From: the human T2T-CHM13v2.0 reference genome, Homo sapiens
Assembly: GCF_009914755.1 (NCBI RefSeq)
Contig: NC_060933.1
DNA: 64,000 nucleotides
Strand: one strand, 5' to 3'
The first letter of the stretch is position 1. Every line of letters starts with the position of its first letter. Shown one piece after another: positions 13,601 through 29,180 of this stretch. The notes below the pieces were generated by a model, which saw nothing but the letters and a program-made list of their open reading frames with translations, had not been told where the DNA came from and did not search any database. The translations under genes were made by a program, and so were the position numbers.

Positions 13601-16600
13601 AATGGAAAGGAATGGAATGGAATGGACTCAACCCGAATGGAATGGAAAGGAATGGAATCAACCCGAGAGGAATGGCATGGAATGGAATGGAATGGAATGG
13701 AGTGGAATGGTACAGAATAGAATGTAATGGAACGAAATGGAATGGAATGGAATGGAATGGAATGGAATCATTCCGAGTGGAATAGAAGGGAATGTTTTCG
13801 AGTGGAATGAAAAGGAATGGAATCAACCAGAGTGGAATGGAATGGAATCGAGTGGAATGGAATGCAATCGAATGGAATGGAAAGGAATAGAATGGAATCA
13901 ACCCGAGTGGAATGGAATGGAAAGGACTGGAATGGAATGGAATGGAATGCAATGGAATCAACTCGATTGCAATGAAATGGAATGGAATGGAATGGAATGG
14001 AATGGAATTAACCGGAATAGAATGGAATTGAATGGAATGGAAAGGAATGGAATGGAATAGAATGGAATGGAATGGATTCAACTCGAATGGAATGGAAAGG
14101 AATGGAATCAACCCGAGTGGAATGGCATGGAACGGAATGGAATGGAATGGAATGGAATGGAATTAACCCTAATAGAATGGAATGGAATGGAATGGAATGG
14201 AATGGAATGGAATGGAATGGAATGGAATGGAAGGAAATGGAATGGAATGGAATGGAATGGAATGGAATGGAATGGAATGGAAGGAAATGGAATGGAATGG
14301 AATGGAATGGAATGGAATGGAATGGAAGGAAATGGAATGGAATGGAATGGAATGGAATGGAATGGAATGGAAAGGAATGGAATGGAATGGAATGGAAGGA
14401 AATGGAATGGAATGGAATGGAATGGAATGGAATGGAATGGAATGGTACGGAATAGAATGGAATGGAACGAAATGGAATGGAATGGAATGGAATGGAATGG
14501 AATGGAATGGAATGGAATGGAAGTGAATGGAATGGAATGTAATGAAACCGAGTGCAGGGGAATGGAATGGAATGGAATGCAATGGAATGGAGTCATCCGG
14601 AATGGAACGGAATGGAATGGAATGGAATCAACCCGAGTGCAATGGAATGGAATGGAATGGAAAGGAATGGAATGGAATGGATTCAACCCGAATGGAATGG
14701 AAAGGAATGGAATCAACCCGAGAGGAATGGCATGGAATGGAATGGAATGGAATGGAGTGGAATGGTACGGAATAGAATGTAATGGAACGAAACGGAATGG
14801 AATGGAATGGAATGGAATGGAATGGAATGGAATCATTCCGAGTGGAATAGAAGGGAATGTTTTCGAGTGGAATGAAAAGGAATGGTATCAACCAGAGTGG
14901 AATGGAATGGAATCGAATGGAATGGAAAGGAATAGAATGGAATCAACCCGAGTGGAATGGAATGGAAAGGACTGGAATGGAATGGAATGGAATGCAATGG
15001 AATCAACACGATTGCAATGAAATGGAATGGAATGGAATGGAATGGAATGGAATGGAATGGAATAGAATGGAAAGGAATCACTCCAAGTGCAGGGGAATTT
15101 AATGGAATGGAATGCAGTGGAATGGAATCATCCGGAATGGAATGGAATGGAATGGAATGGAACGGAATGGAATGGAATCAACTCGAATTCAATGGAATGG
15201 AAAGGAATGGAATGGAATGGAATGCAATGGAATCGTACGGAATAGAATGGAATGGAACGAAATGGAATGTAATGGAATGGAATGGAATGGAATGGAATGG
15301 AACGGAATGGAATGGAATGAACCCGCGTGCAATGGAATGGAACGGAATGGAATGGAATGGAATGGAATGGAATGGAATGGAATGGGTTCAACTCGAATGG
15401 AATGGAAAGGAATGGAATCAACACGAGTGGAATGGCATGGAATGGAATGGAATTGAATGAAATGGAATGGAATGGAATGGAATGAAATGTAATGGAATGG
15501 AAAGGAATGGAATCAACACGAGTGGAATGGCATGGAATGGAATGGAATTGAATGAAATGGAATGGAATGGAATGGAATGAAATGTAATGGAATGGAATGG
15601 AATGGAATCAACCCGAGTGCAATGTAATGGAATCGAATGGAATGGAATGGAATGGATTCAACCCGAATGGAATTAAAAGGAATGGAATATACCCGAGTGG
15701 AATGGCATGGAATGGAGTGGAATGGAATGGAATGGAATGGAATGGAATGGTACGGAATAGAATGGAATGTAACGAAATGGAATGTAAGGGAATGGAATGG
15801 AATGGAATGGAATGAACCCGTGTGCAATGGAATGGAATGGAATGGAATGGAATGGAATGGAATGGAATGGATTCAACTCTAATGGAATGGAAGGGAATGG
15901 AATCAACGCGAGTGGAATGGCATGGAATGGAATGGAATGGAATGGAATGGAAGTAAATGGAATGGAATGGAATGAACCCGAGTGCAGGGGAATGGAATGG
16001 AATGGAATGGAATGGAATGGAATGGAATTGAATGGAATGGAATGGAATGCAGTGGAATGGAATCAAACCTAGTGCAATTGAATGGAATGGAATGGAATGG
16101 AATGGAATGGAATGGAATGGAATGGATTCAACCCAAATGGAATGGAAAGCAATGGAATCAACCCGAGTGGAATGGCATGGAATGGAATGGAATGGAATGT
16201 AATGGAATGGAATGGAATGGAATGGAATGGTACGGAATAAAATGGAATGGAACGAAATGGAATGGAATGGAACGGAATAGAATGGAATGATTCCGAGTGG
16301 AATAGAAGGGAATGAATTCGAGTGGAATGGAAAGGAATGGAATCAACCAGAGTGGAATGGAAGGGAATGGAATGGAATGGAAACTAATAAAATGGAATCA
16401 ACACGAGTGGAATGGAATGGAAAGGACTTGAATGGAATGGAATGGAATGGAATGGAATCAAGTCGATTGCAATGGAATGTAATGGAATGGAGTGGAATGG
16501 AATTAACGCGAATAGAATGGAATGGAATGGAATGGAATGGAATGGAATGGAATGGAATGGAATGGAATCAACCTGAGTGCAGGGGAATGGAATGCAATGG

Positions 16601-16824
16601 AATGCAATGGAATGGAATGGAATGGAATGGAATCAACGCGAGTGCAGGGGAATGGAATGTAATGGAATGCAATGGAATGGAATCTTCCGGAATGGAATGG
16701 AATGGAATGGAATCAACCCGAGTGCAATGGAATGGAGTGGAATGGAATGGAATGGAATTGAACAACACGAATGCAATCGAATGTAATGGAGAGTAAGGGA
16801 GTTGAATAGAATCAATCCGAATGT
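10607..16824 (+). repeat. HOR unit C (6218 bp)
   Basis: Same module order as unit A, with single copies of the 210-bp and 135-bp segments that are doubled in A. Confidence 0.9.
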
Positions 16825-19800
16825 AATGGAATGGAATGGAACGGAATGGAATTGAATGGTATGGAATGGAATGCAATGGAATGGAATCAACCCGAGTGCA
16901 ATGGAATGGAGAGGAATGGAGTGGAAACTACCCGAATGGAATGGAATGTAATGGAGTGTAAGGGAATTGAATAGAATCAATCCGAATGTAATGGAATGGA
17001 ATGGAACGGAATGGAATGGAATGGAATGGAATGGAATGGAATGGAATGGAATACAATGGAATGGAATCAACCCGAGTGCAATCGAATGGAATCGAATGTA
17101 ATGGAATGCAATGGAATGGATTCAACTTGAATGGAATGGAAAGAATGGAATCAATACGAGTGGAATGGCATGGATTGGAATGGAATGGAATGGAATCAAC
17201 CCGAGTACAGGGGAATGGAATGGAATGGAATGCAATGGAATGGAATCATCCGTAATGTAATGGAAAGGAATGGAATGGAATGGAATGGAATGGAATGGAA
17301 TGGAATGGAATGGAATCAACTCGATTGCAGTCGAATGGAATGGAATGGAATTAACCCAAATAGAATGGAATGGAATGGAATGGAATGGAACGGAAAGGAA
17401 TGGAATGGAATGGAATGGAATAGAATGGAATGGAACGGAACGGAATGGAACGGAATGGAATGGAATGGAATGGAATGGAATGGAATGGAATGGAATCAAC
17501 GCGAGTGCAGGGGAATGGAATGGAATGGAATGCAATGGAATGGAATCATCCGGAATGGAATGGAATGGAATGGAATGGCATGAAATGCAATGGATTCAAC
17601 TCGATTGCAATGGAATGGAATGGAATGGAATGGAATGGAATGGAATGGAATGGAATTAACCCGAATAGAATGGAATGGAATGGAATGGAACGGAATGGAA
17701 CGGAATGGAATGGAATGGAATGGAATGGAATGGTATGGAGTGGAATGGAATGGAATCAACACGAGTGCAGTGTAATGGAATCGAATGGAATGGAATGGAA
17801 TGGAATGGATTCAACACGAATGGAATGGAAAGGAATGGAATAAACCCGCGTGGAATGGCATGGAATGGAGTGGAATGGAATGGAATGGAATGGAATGGAA
17901 TGGAATCAACCCGAGTGCAATGTAATGGAATCGAATGGAATGGAATGGAATGGAATGGATTCAACCCGAATGGAATGGAAAGGAATGGAATAATCCCGAG
18001 TGGAATGGCATGAAGTGGAGTGGAATGGAATGGAATGGAATGGAATGGAATGGTACGGAATAGAATGGAATGGAACGAAATGGAATGGAATGGAATGGAA
18101 TGGAATGGAATGGAATGGAATGAACCCGTGTGCAATGGAATGGAATCGAATGGAATGGAATGGATTGGAATGGATTCAACTCGAATGGAATGGAAAGGAA
18201 TGGAATGAACACGAGTGGAATGGCATGGAATGGAATGGAATGGAATGGAATGGAATGGAATGGTACGGAATAGAATGGAATGGAACGAAATGGAATGGAA
18301 TGGAATGGAATGGAATGGAATGGAATGAACCCGTGTGCAATGGAATGGAATCGAATGGAATGGAATGGATTGGAATGGATTCAACTCGAATGGAATGGAA
18401 AGGAATGGAATGAACACGAGTGGAATGGCATGGAATGGAATGGAATGAAATGGAATGGAATGGAATGGAATGGAATGGAATGGAATCAACCCGAGTGCAG
18501 GGGAATGGAATGGAATTGAAGGCAATGGAATGGAATCATCCGGAATTGAATGGAATGGAATGGAATCAACTCGATTGCAATGGAATGGAATGGAATGGAA
18601 TGGAATGGAATGGAATGGAATGGAATGGAATGGAATGGAATTAACCCGAATAGAATGGAATGGAATGGAATGGAAGTAAATGGAATGGAAGGTAATGAAC
18701 CCGAGTGCAGGGGAATGGAATGGAATGGAATGCAATGAAATGGAGTCATCCGGAATGGAACGGAAAGGAATGGAATGGAACCAACCCGTGTGCAATGGAA
18801 TTGAAAGGAATGGAATGGAATGGAATGGAATGGAATGGAATGGAATGGAATGGAATGGATTCAACCCGAATGGAATGGAAAGGAAGGGAATCAACCCAAG
18901 TGGAATGGCATGGAATGGAATGGATTGGAATGGAATGGAATGGTACCGAATGGAATGGAATGGAATGGTACCGAATAGAATGGAATGGAACGAAATGGAA
19001 CGGAATGGAATGGAATGGAGTGAACACGTGTGCAATGGATTGGAATGGAATGGAATGGAATGGAATGGAATGGAATGGAATGGGTTCGACTCGAATGGAA
19101 CGGAATGTAATGAAATCAACCCGAGTGGAATGGCATGGAATGGAATGGAATGGAATGGAATGGAATGGAAACAACACGAGTGCAATGTAATGGAATCGAA
19201 TGGAATGGAATGCAATGGATTCAACCCGAATGGAATGGAAACGAATGGAATAAAACCGAGTGGAATGGCATGGAATGGAGTCTAATGGAATGGAATGGAA
19301 TGGAATGGTATGGAATAGAATGGAATGGAACGAAATGGAATGGAATGGAATGGAATGAAATGAACCCGTGTGCAATGGAATGGAATGGAATGGAATGGAA
19401 TGGAATGGATTCAACTCGAATGGAATGGAAAGGAATGGAATCAACCCGAGTGGAATGGCATGGAATGGAATGGAATGGAATGGAATTAACCCTAATAGAA
19501 TGGAATGGAATGGAATGGAATGGAATGGAATGGAAGGAAATGGAATGGAATGGAATGGAATGGAATGGAATGGAATGGAATGGTACGGAATAGAATGGAA
19601 TGGAACGAAATGGAATGGAATGGAATGGAATGGGATGGAATGGAATGGAATGGAATCAACCCGAGTGCAGGGGAATGGAATGGAATGGAAGGCAATGGAA
19701 TGACATCATTCGGAATTGAATGGAATGGAATGGAATGGAACGAAATGGAATGGAATGGAATGGAATGGGATGGAATGGAATGGAATGGAATCAACCCGAG

Positions 19801-22800
19801 TGCAGGGGAATGGAATGGAATGGAAGGCAATGGAATGACATCATTCGGAATTGAATGGAATGGAATGGAATGGAATGGAATCAACTCGATTGGAATGGAA
19901 TGGAATGGAATGGAATGGAATGGAATGGAATGGAATGGAATGGAAGTGAATGGAATGGAATGGAATGAAACCGAGTGCAGGGGAATGGAATGGAATGGAA
20001 TGCAATGGAATGGAGTCATCCGGAATGGAACGGAATGGAATGGAATGGAATCAACCCGAGTGCAATGGAATGGAATGGAATGGAAAGGAATGGAATGGAA
20101 TGGACTCAACCCGAATGGAATGGAAAGGAATGGAATCAACCCGAGAGGAATGGCATGGAATGGAATGGAATGGAATGGAGTGGAATGGTACAGAATAGAA
20201 TGTAATGGAACGAAATGGAATGGAATGGAATGGAATGGAATGGAATCATTCCGAGTGGAATAGAAGGGAATGTTTTCGAGTGGAATGAAAAGGAATGGAA
20301 TCAACCAGAGTGGAATGGAATGGAATCGAGTGGAATGGAATGCAATCGAATGGAATGGAAAGGAATAGAATGGAATCAACCCGAGTGGAATGGAATGGAA
20401 AGGACTGGAATGGAATGGAATGGAATGCAATGGAATCAACTCGATTGCAATGAAATGGAATGGAATGGAATGGAATGGAATGGAATTAACCGGAATAGAA
20501 TGGAATTGAATGGAATGGAAAGGAATGGAATGGAATAGAATGGAATGGAATGGATTCAACTCGAATGGAATGGAAAGGAATGGAATCAACCCGAGTGGAA
20601 TGGCATGGAACGGAATGGAATGGAATGGAATGGAATGGAATTAACCCTAATAGAATGGAATGGAATGGAATGGAATGGAATGGAATGGAATGGAATGGAA
20701 GGAAATGGAATGGAATGGAATGGAATGGAATGGAATGGAATGGAATGGAAGGAAATGGAATGGAATGGAATGGAATGGAATGGAATGGAATGGAAGGAAA
20801 TGGAATGGAATGGAATGGAATGGAATGGAAAGGAATGGAATGGAATGGAATGGAAGGAAATGGAATGGAATGGAATGGAATGGAATGGAATGGAATGGAA
20901 TGGTACGGAATAGAATGGAATGGAACGAAATGGAATGGAATGGAATGGAATGGAATGGAATGGAATGGAATGGAATGGAATGGAATGGAATGAAACCGAG
21001 TGCAGGGGAATGGAATGGAATGGAATGCAATGGAATGGAGTCATCCGGAATGGAACGGAATGGAATGGAATGGAATCAACCCGAGTGCAATGGAATGGAA
21101 TGGAATGGAAAGGAATGGAATGGAATGGATTCAACCCGAATGGAATGGAAAGGAATGGAATCAACCCGAGAGGAATGGCATGGAATGGAATGGAATGGAA
21201 TGGAGTGGAATGGTACGGAATAGAATGTAATGGAACGAAACGGAATGGAATGGAATGGAATGGAATGGAATGGAATGGAATCATTCCGAGTGGAATAGAA
21301 GGGAATGTTTTCGAGTGGAATGAAAAGGAATGGTATCAACCAGAGTGGAATGGAATGGAATCGAATGGAATGGAAAGGAATAGAATGGAATCAACCCGAG
21401 TGGAATGGAATGGAAAGGACTGGAATGGAATGGAATGGAATGCAATGGAATCAACACGATTGCAATGAAATGGAATGGAATGGAAGGGAATGGAATGGAA
21501 TGGAATGGAATGGAATAGAATGGAAAGGAATCACTCCAAGTGCAGGGGAATTTAATGGAATGGAATGCAGTGGAATGGAATCATCCGGAATGGAATGGAA
21601 TGGAATGGAATGGAACGGAATGGAATGGAATCAACTCGAATTCAATGGAATGGAAAGGAATGGAATGGAATGGAATGCAATGGAATCGTACGGAATAGAA
21701 TGGAATGGAACGAAATGGAATGTAATGGAATGGAATGGAATGGAATGGAATGGAACGGAATGGAATGGAATGAACCCGCGTGCAATGGAATGGAACGGAA
21801 TGGAATGGAATGGAATGGAATGGAATGGGTTCAACTCGAATGGAATGGAAAGGAATGGAATCAACACGAGTGGAATGGCATGGAATGGAATGGAATTGAA
21901 TGAAATGGAATGGAATGGAATGGAATGAAATGTAATGGAATGGAAAGGAATGGAATCAACACGAGTGGAATGGCATGGAATGGAATGGAATTGAATGAAA
22001 TGGAATGGAATGGAATGGAATGAAATGTAATGGAATGGAATGGAATGGAATCAACCCGAGTGCAATGTAATGGAATGGAATGGAATGGAATGGAATGGAT
22101 TCAACCCGAATGGAATTAAAAGGAATGGAATATACCCGAGTGGAATGGCATGGAATGGAGTGGAATGGAATGGAATGGAATGGAATGGTACGGAATAGAA
22201 TGGAATGTAACGAAATGGAATGTAGGGGAATGGAATGGAATGGAATGGAATGAACCCGTGTGCAATGGAATGGAATGGAATGGAATGGAATGGAATGGAA
22301 TGGATTCAACTCTAATGGAATGGAAGGGAATGGAATCAACGCGAGTGGAATGGCATGGAATGGAATGGAATGGAATGGAATGGAAGTAAATGGAATGGAA
22401 TGGAATGAACCCGAGTGCAGGGGAATGGAATGGAATGGAATGGAATGGAATGGAATGGAATTGAATGGAATGGAATGGAATGCAGTGGAATGGAATCAAA
22501 CCTAGTGCAATTGAATGGAATGGAATGGAATGGAATGGAATGGAATGGAATGGAATGGATTCAACCCAAATGGAATGGAAAGCAATGGAATCAACCCGAG
22601 TGGAATGGCATGGAATGGAATGGAATGGAATGTAATGGAATGGAATGGAATGGAATGGAATGGTACGGAATAAAATGGAATGGAACGAAATGGAATGGAA
22701 TGGAACGGAATAGAATGGAATCATTCCGAGTGGAATAGAAGGGAATGAATTCGAGTGGAATGGAAAGGAATGGAATCAACCAGAGTGGAATGGAAGGGAA

Positions 22801-23252
22801 TGGAATGGAATGGAAACTAATAAAATGGAATCAACACGAGTGGAATGGAATGGAAAGGACTTGAATGGAATGGAATGGAATGGAATGGAATCAAGTCGAT
22901 TGCAATGGAATGTAATGGAATGGAGTGGAATGGAATTAACGCGAATAGAATGGAATGGAATGGAATGGAATGGAATGGAATGGAATGGAATGGAATCAAC
23001 CTGAGTGCAGGGGAATGGAATGCAATGGAATGCAATGGAATGGAATGGAATGGAATGGAATCAACGCGAGTGCAGGGGAATGGAATGTAATGGAATGCAA
23101 TGGAATGGAATCTTCCGGAATGGAATGGAATGGAATGGAATCAACCCGAGTGCAATGGAATGGAGTGGAATGGAATGGAATGGAATTGAACAACACGAAT
23201 GCAATCGAATGTAATGGAGAGTAAGGGAGTTGAATAGAATCAATCCGAATGT
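16825..23252 (+). repeat. HOR unit A' (6428 bp)
   Basis: Shares A-specific features: catcc at 17542-17556, the doubled ~210-bp segment, and doubled tgacatcattcgg (19701, 19836). Confidence 0.9.
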
Positions 23253-26200
23253 AATGGAATGGAATGGAACGGAATGGAATTGAATGGTATGGAATGGAAT
23301 GCAATGGAATGGAATCAACCCGAGTGCAATGGAATGGAGAGGAATGGAGTGGAAACTACCCGAATGGAATGGAATGTAATGGAGTGTAAGGGAATTGAAT
23401 AGAATCAATCCGAATGTAATGGAATGGAATGGAACGGAATGGAATGGAATGGAATGGAATGGAATGGAATGGAATGGAATACAATGGAATGGAATCAACC
23501 CGAGTGCAATCGAATGGAATCGAATGTAATGGAATGCAATGGAATGGATTCAACTTGAATGGAATGGAAAGAATGGAATCAATACGAGTGGAATGGCATG
23601 GATTGGAATGGAATGGAATGGAATCAACCCGAGTACAGGGGAATGGAATGGAATGGAATGCAATGGAATGGAATCATCCGTAATGTAATGGAAAGGAATG
23701 GAATGGAATGGAATGGAATGGAATGGAATGGAATGGAATGGAATCAACTCGATTGCAGTCGAATGGAATGGAATGGAATTAACCCAAATAGAATGGAATG
23801 GAATGGAATGGAATGGAACGGAAAGGAATGGAATGGAATGGAATGGAATAGAATGGAATGGAACGGAACGGAATGGAACGGAATGGAATGGAATGGAATG
23901 GAATGGAATGGAATGGAATGGAATCAACGCTAGTGCAGGGGAATGGAATGGAATGGAATGCAATGGAATGGAATCTTCCGGAATGGAATGGAATGGAATG
24001 GAATGGCATGAAATGCAATGGATTCAACTCGATTGCAATGGAATGGAATGGAATGGAATGGAATGGAATGGAATGGAATTAACCCGAATAGAATGGAATG
24101 GAATGGAATGGAACGGAATGGAACGGAATGGAATGGAATGGAATGGAATGGAATGGTATGGAGTGGAATGGAATGGAATCAACACGAGTGCAGTGTAATG
24201 GAATCGAATGGAATGGAATGGAATGGAATGGATTCAACACGAATGGAATGGAAAGGAATGGAATAAACCCGCGTGGAATGGCATGGAATGGAGTGGAATG
24301 GAATGGAATGGAATGGAATGGAATCAACCCGAGTGCAATGTAATGGAATCGAATGGAATGGAATGGAATGGAATGGATTCAACCCGAATGGAATGGAAAG
24401 GAATGGAATAATCCCGAGTGGAATGGCATGAAGTGGAGTGGAATGGAATGGAATGGAATGGAATGGAATGGTACGGAATAGAATGGAATGGAACGAAATG
24501 GAATGGAATGGAATGGAATGGAATGGAATGGAATGGAATGAACCCGTGTGCAATGGAATGGAATCGAATGGAATGGAATGGATTGGAATGGATTCAACTC
24601 GAATGGAATGGAAAGGAATGGAATCAACACGAGTGGAATGGCATGGAATGGAATGGAATGGAATGGAATGGAATGGAATGGTACGGAATAGAATGGAAAG
24701 GAACGAAATGGAATGGAATGAAATGGAATGGAATGGAATGGAATGGAATGGAATGGAATCAACCCGAGTGCAGGGGAATGGAATGGAATTGAAGGCAATG
24801 GAATGGAATCATCCGGAATTGAATGGAATGGAATGGAATCAACTCGATTGCAATGGAATGGAATGGAATGGAATGGAATGGAATGGAATGGAATGGAATG
24901 GAATGGAATGGAATTAACCCGAATAGAATGGAATGGAATGGAATGGAAGTAAATGGAATGGAAGGTAATGAACCCGAGTGCAGGGGAATGGAATGGAATG
25001 GAATGCAATGAAATGGAGTCATCCGGAATGGAACGGAAAGGAATGGAATGGAACCAACCCGTGTGCAATGGAATTGAAAGGAATGGAATGGAATGGAATG
25101 GAATGGAATGGAATGGAATGGATTCAACCCGAATGGAATGGAAAGGAAGGGAATCAACCCAAGTGGAATGGCATGGAATGGAATGGATTGGAATGGAATG
25201 GAATGGTACCGAATGGAATGGAATGGAATGGTACCGAATAGAATGGAATGGAACGAAATGGAATGGAATGGAATGGAATGGAATGGAATGGAGTGAACAC
25301 GTGTGCAATGGATTGGAATGGAATGGAATGGAATGGAATGGAATGGAATGGAATGGGTTCGACTCGAATGGAACGGAATGTAATGAAATCAACCCGAGTG
25401 GAATGGCATGGAATGGAATGGAATGGAATGGAATGGAATGGAATGGAAACAACACGAGTGCAATGTAATGGAATCGAATGGAATGGAATGCAATGGATTC
25501 CACCCGAATGGAATGGAAACGAATGGAATTAAATCGAGTGGAATGGCATGGAATGGAGTCTAATGGAATGGAATGGAATGGAATGGTATGGAATAGAATG
25601 GAATGGAACGAAATGGAATGGAATGGAATGGAATGAAATGAACCCGTGTGCAATGGAATGGAATGGAATGGAATGGAATGGAATGGAATGGATTCAACTC
25701 GAATGGAATGGAAAGGAATGGAATCAACCCGAGTGGAATGGCATGGAATGGAATGGAATGGAATGGAATTAACCCTAATAGAATGGAATGGAATGGAATG
25801 GAATGGAATGGAATGGAATGGAATGGAAGGAAATGGAATGGAATGGAATGGAATGGAATGGAATGGAATGGAATGGAATGGAATGGAATGGAATGGAATG
25901 GTACGGAATAGAATGGAATGGAACGAAATGGAATGGAATGGAATGGAATGGGATGGAATGGAATGGAATGGAATCAACCCGAGTGCAGGGGAATGGAATG
26001 GAATGGAAGGCAATGGAATGACATCATTCGGAATTGAATGGAATGGAATGGAATGGAATGGAATCAACTCGATTGGAATGGAATGGAATGGAATGGAATG
26101 GAAGTGAATGGAATGGAATGTAATGAAACCGAGTGCAGGGGAATGGAATGGAATGGAATGCAATGGAATGGAGTCATCCGGAATGGAACGGAATGGAATG

Positions 26201-29180
26201 GAATGGAATCAACCCGAGTGCAATGGAATGGAATGGAATGGAAAGGAATGGAATGGAATGGACTCAACCCGAATGGAATGGAAAGGAATGGAATCAACCC
26301 GAGAGGAATGGCATGGAATGGAATGGAATGGAATGGAGTGGAATGGTACGGAATAGAATGTAATGGAACGAAATGGAATGGAATGGAATGGAATGGAATG
26401 GAATCATTCCGAGTGGAATAGAAGGGAATGTTTTCGAGTGGAATGAAAAGGAATGGAATCAACCAGAGTGGAATGGAATGGAATCGAGTGGAATGGAATG
26501 CAATCGAATGGAATGGAAAGGAATAGAATGGAATCAACCCGAGTGGAATGGAATGGAAAGGACTGGAATGGAATGGAATGGAATGCAATGGAATCAACTC
26601 GATTGCAATGAAATGGAATGGAATGGAATGGAATGGAATGGAATTAACCGGAATAGAATGGAATTGAATGGAATGGAAAGGAATGGAATGGAATAGAATG
26701 GAATGGAATGGATTCAACTCGAATGGAATGGAAAGGAATGGAATCAACCCGAGTGGAATGGCATGGAACGGAATGGAATGGAATGGAATGGAATGGAATG
26801 GAATGGAATGGAATGGAATGGAAGGAAATGGAATGGAATGGAATGGAATGGAATGGAATGGAATGGAATGGAAGGAAATGGAATGGAATGGAATGGAATG
26901 GAATGGAATGGAATGGAATGGTACGGAATAGAATGGAAGGGAACGAAATGGAATGGAATGGAATGGAATGGAATGGAATGGAATGGAATGGAAGTGAATG
27001 GAATGGAATGTAATGAAACCGAGTGCAGGGGAATGGAATGGAATGGAATGCAATGGAATGGAGTCATCCGGAATGGAACGGAATGGAATGGAATGGAATC
27101 AACCCGAGTGCAATGGAATGGAATGGAATGGAAAGGAATGGAATGGAATGGATTCAACCCGAATGGAATGGAAAGGAATGGAATCAACCCGAGAGGAATG
27201 GCATGGAATGGAATGGAATGGAATGGAGTGGAATGGTACGGAATAGAATGTAATGGAACGAAACGGAATGGAATGGAATGGAATGGAATGGAATGGAATG
27301 GAATGGAATGGAATCATTCCGAGTGGAATAGAAGGGAATGTTTTCGAGTGGAATGAAAAGGAATGGTATCAACCAGAGTGGAATGGAATGGAATCGAATG
27401 GAATGGAAAGGAATAGAATGGAATCAACCCGAGTGGAATGGAATGGAAAGGACTGGAATGGAATGGAATGGAATGCAATGGAATCAACTCGATTGCAATG
27501 AAATGGAATGGAATGGAATGGAATGGAATGGAATGGAATGGAATAGAATGGAAAGGAATCACTCCAAGTGCAGGGGAATTTAATGGAATGGAATGCAGTG
27601 GAATGGAATCATCCGGAATGGAATGGAATGGAATGGAATGGAACGGAATGGAATGGAATCAACTCGAATTCAATGGAATGGAAAGGAATGGAATGGAATG
27701 GAATGCAATGGAATCGTACGGAATAGAATGGAATGGAACGAAATGGAATGTAATGGAATGGAATGGAATGGAATGGAATGGAATGGAACGGAATGGAATG
27801 GAATGAACCCGCGTGCAATGGAATGGAACGGAATGGAATGGAATGGAATGGAATGGAATGGAATGGGTTCAACTCGAATGGAATGGAAAGGAATGGAATC
27901 AACACGAGTGGAATGGCATGGAATGGAATGGAATTGAATGAAATGGAATGGAATGGAATGGAATGAAATGTAATGGAATGGAAAGGAATGGAATCAACAC
28001 GAGTGGAATGGCATGGAATGGAATGGAATTGAATGAAATGGAATGGAATGGAATGGAATGAAATGTAATGGAATGGAATGGAATGGAATCAACCCGAGTG
28101 CAATGTAATGGAATCGAATGGAATGGAATGGAATGGATTCAACCCGAATGGAATTAAAAGGAATGGAATATACCCGAGTGGAATGGCATGGAATGGAGTA
28201 GAATGGAACGGAATGGAATGGAATGGAATGGTACGGAATAGAATGGAATGTAACGAAATGGAATGTAAGGGAATGGAATGGAATGGAATGGAATGAACCC
28301 GTGTGCAATGGAATGGAATGGAATGGAATGGAATGGAATGGATTCAACTCTAATGGAATGGAAGGGAATGGAATCAACGCGAGTGGAATGGCATGGAATG
28401 GAATGGAATGGAATGGAATGGAATGGAATGGAAGTAAATGGAATGGAATGGAATGAACCCGAGTGCAGGGGAATGGAATGGAATGGAATGGAATGGAATG
28501 GAATGGAATGGAATGGAATGGAATGCAGTGGAATGGAATCAAACCTAGTGCAATTGAATGGAATGGAATGGAATGGAATGGAATGGAATGGAATGGAATG
28601 GATTCAACCCAAATGGAATGGAAAGCAATGGAATCAACCCGAGTGGAATGGCATGGAATGGAATGGAATGGAATGTAATGGAATGGAATGGAATGGAATG
28701 GAATGGTACGGAATAAAATGGAATGGAACGAAATGGAATGGAATGGAACGGAATACAATGGAATCATTCCGAGTGGAATAGAAGGGAATGAATTCGAGTG
28801 GAATGGAAAGGAATGGAATCAACCAGAGTGGAATGGAAGGGAATGGAATGGAATGGAAACTAATAAAATGGAATCAACACGAGTGGAATGGAATGGAAAG
28901 GACTTGAATGGAATGGAATGGAATGGAATGGAATCAAGTCGATTGCAATGGAATGTAATGGAATGGAGTGGAATGGAATTAACGCGAATAGAATGGAATG
29001 GAATGGAATGGAATGGAATGGAATGGAATGGAATGGAATCAACCTGAGTGCAGGGGAATGGAATGCAATGGAATGCAATGGAATGGAATGGAATGGAATG
29101 GAATCAACGCGAGTGCAGGGGAATGGAATGTAATGGAATGCAATGGAATGGAATCTTCCGGAATGGAATGGAATGGAATG
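23253..29180 (+). repeat. HOR unit C' (truncated at the right end)
   Basis: C-type variants (single 210-bp and 135-bp segments). It departs from the HOR after ggaatcttccggaat at 29150-29164. Confidence 0.85.

Noticed and set aside
24379-26163. Long ORFs (594 aa here; 522 aa at 17656-19224; 434 aa at 6994-8298) and all other ORF-track entries
   Set aside because: (GGAAT)n has no stop codon in any of six frames and translates to MEWNG/IPFHS repeats. The ORFs overlap in all frames and have no non-repeat domain, so they are artefacts of the satellite.
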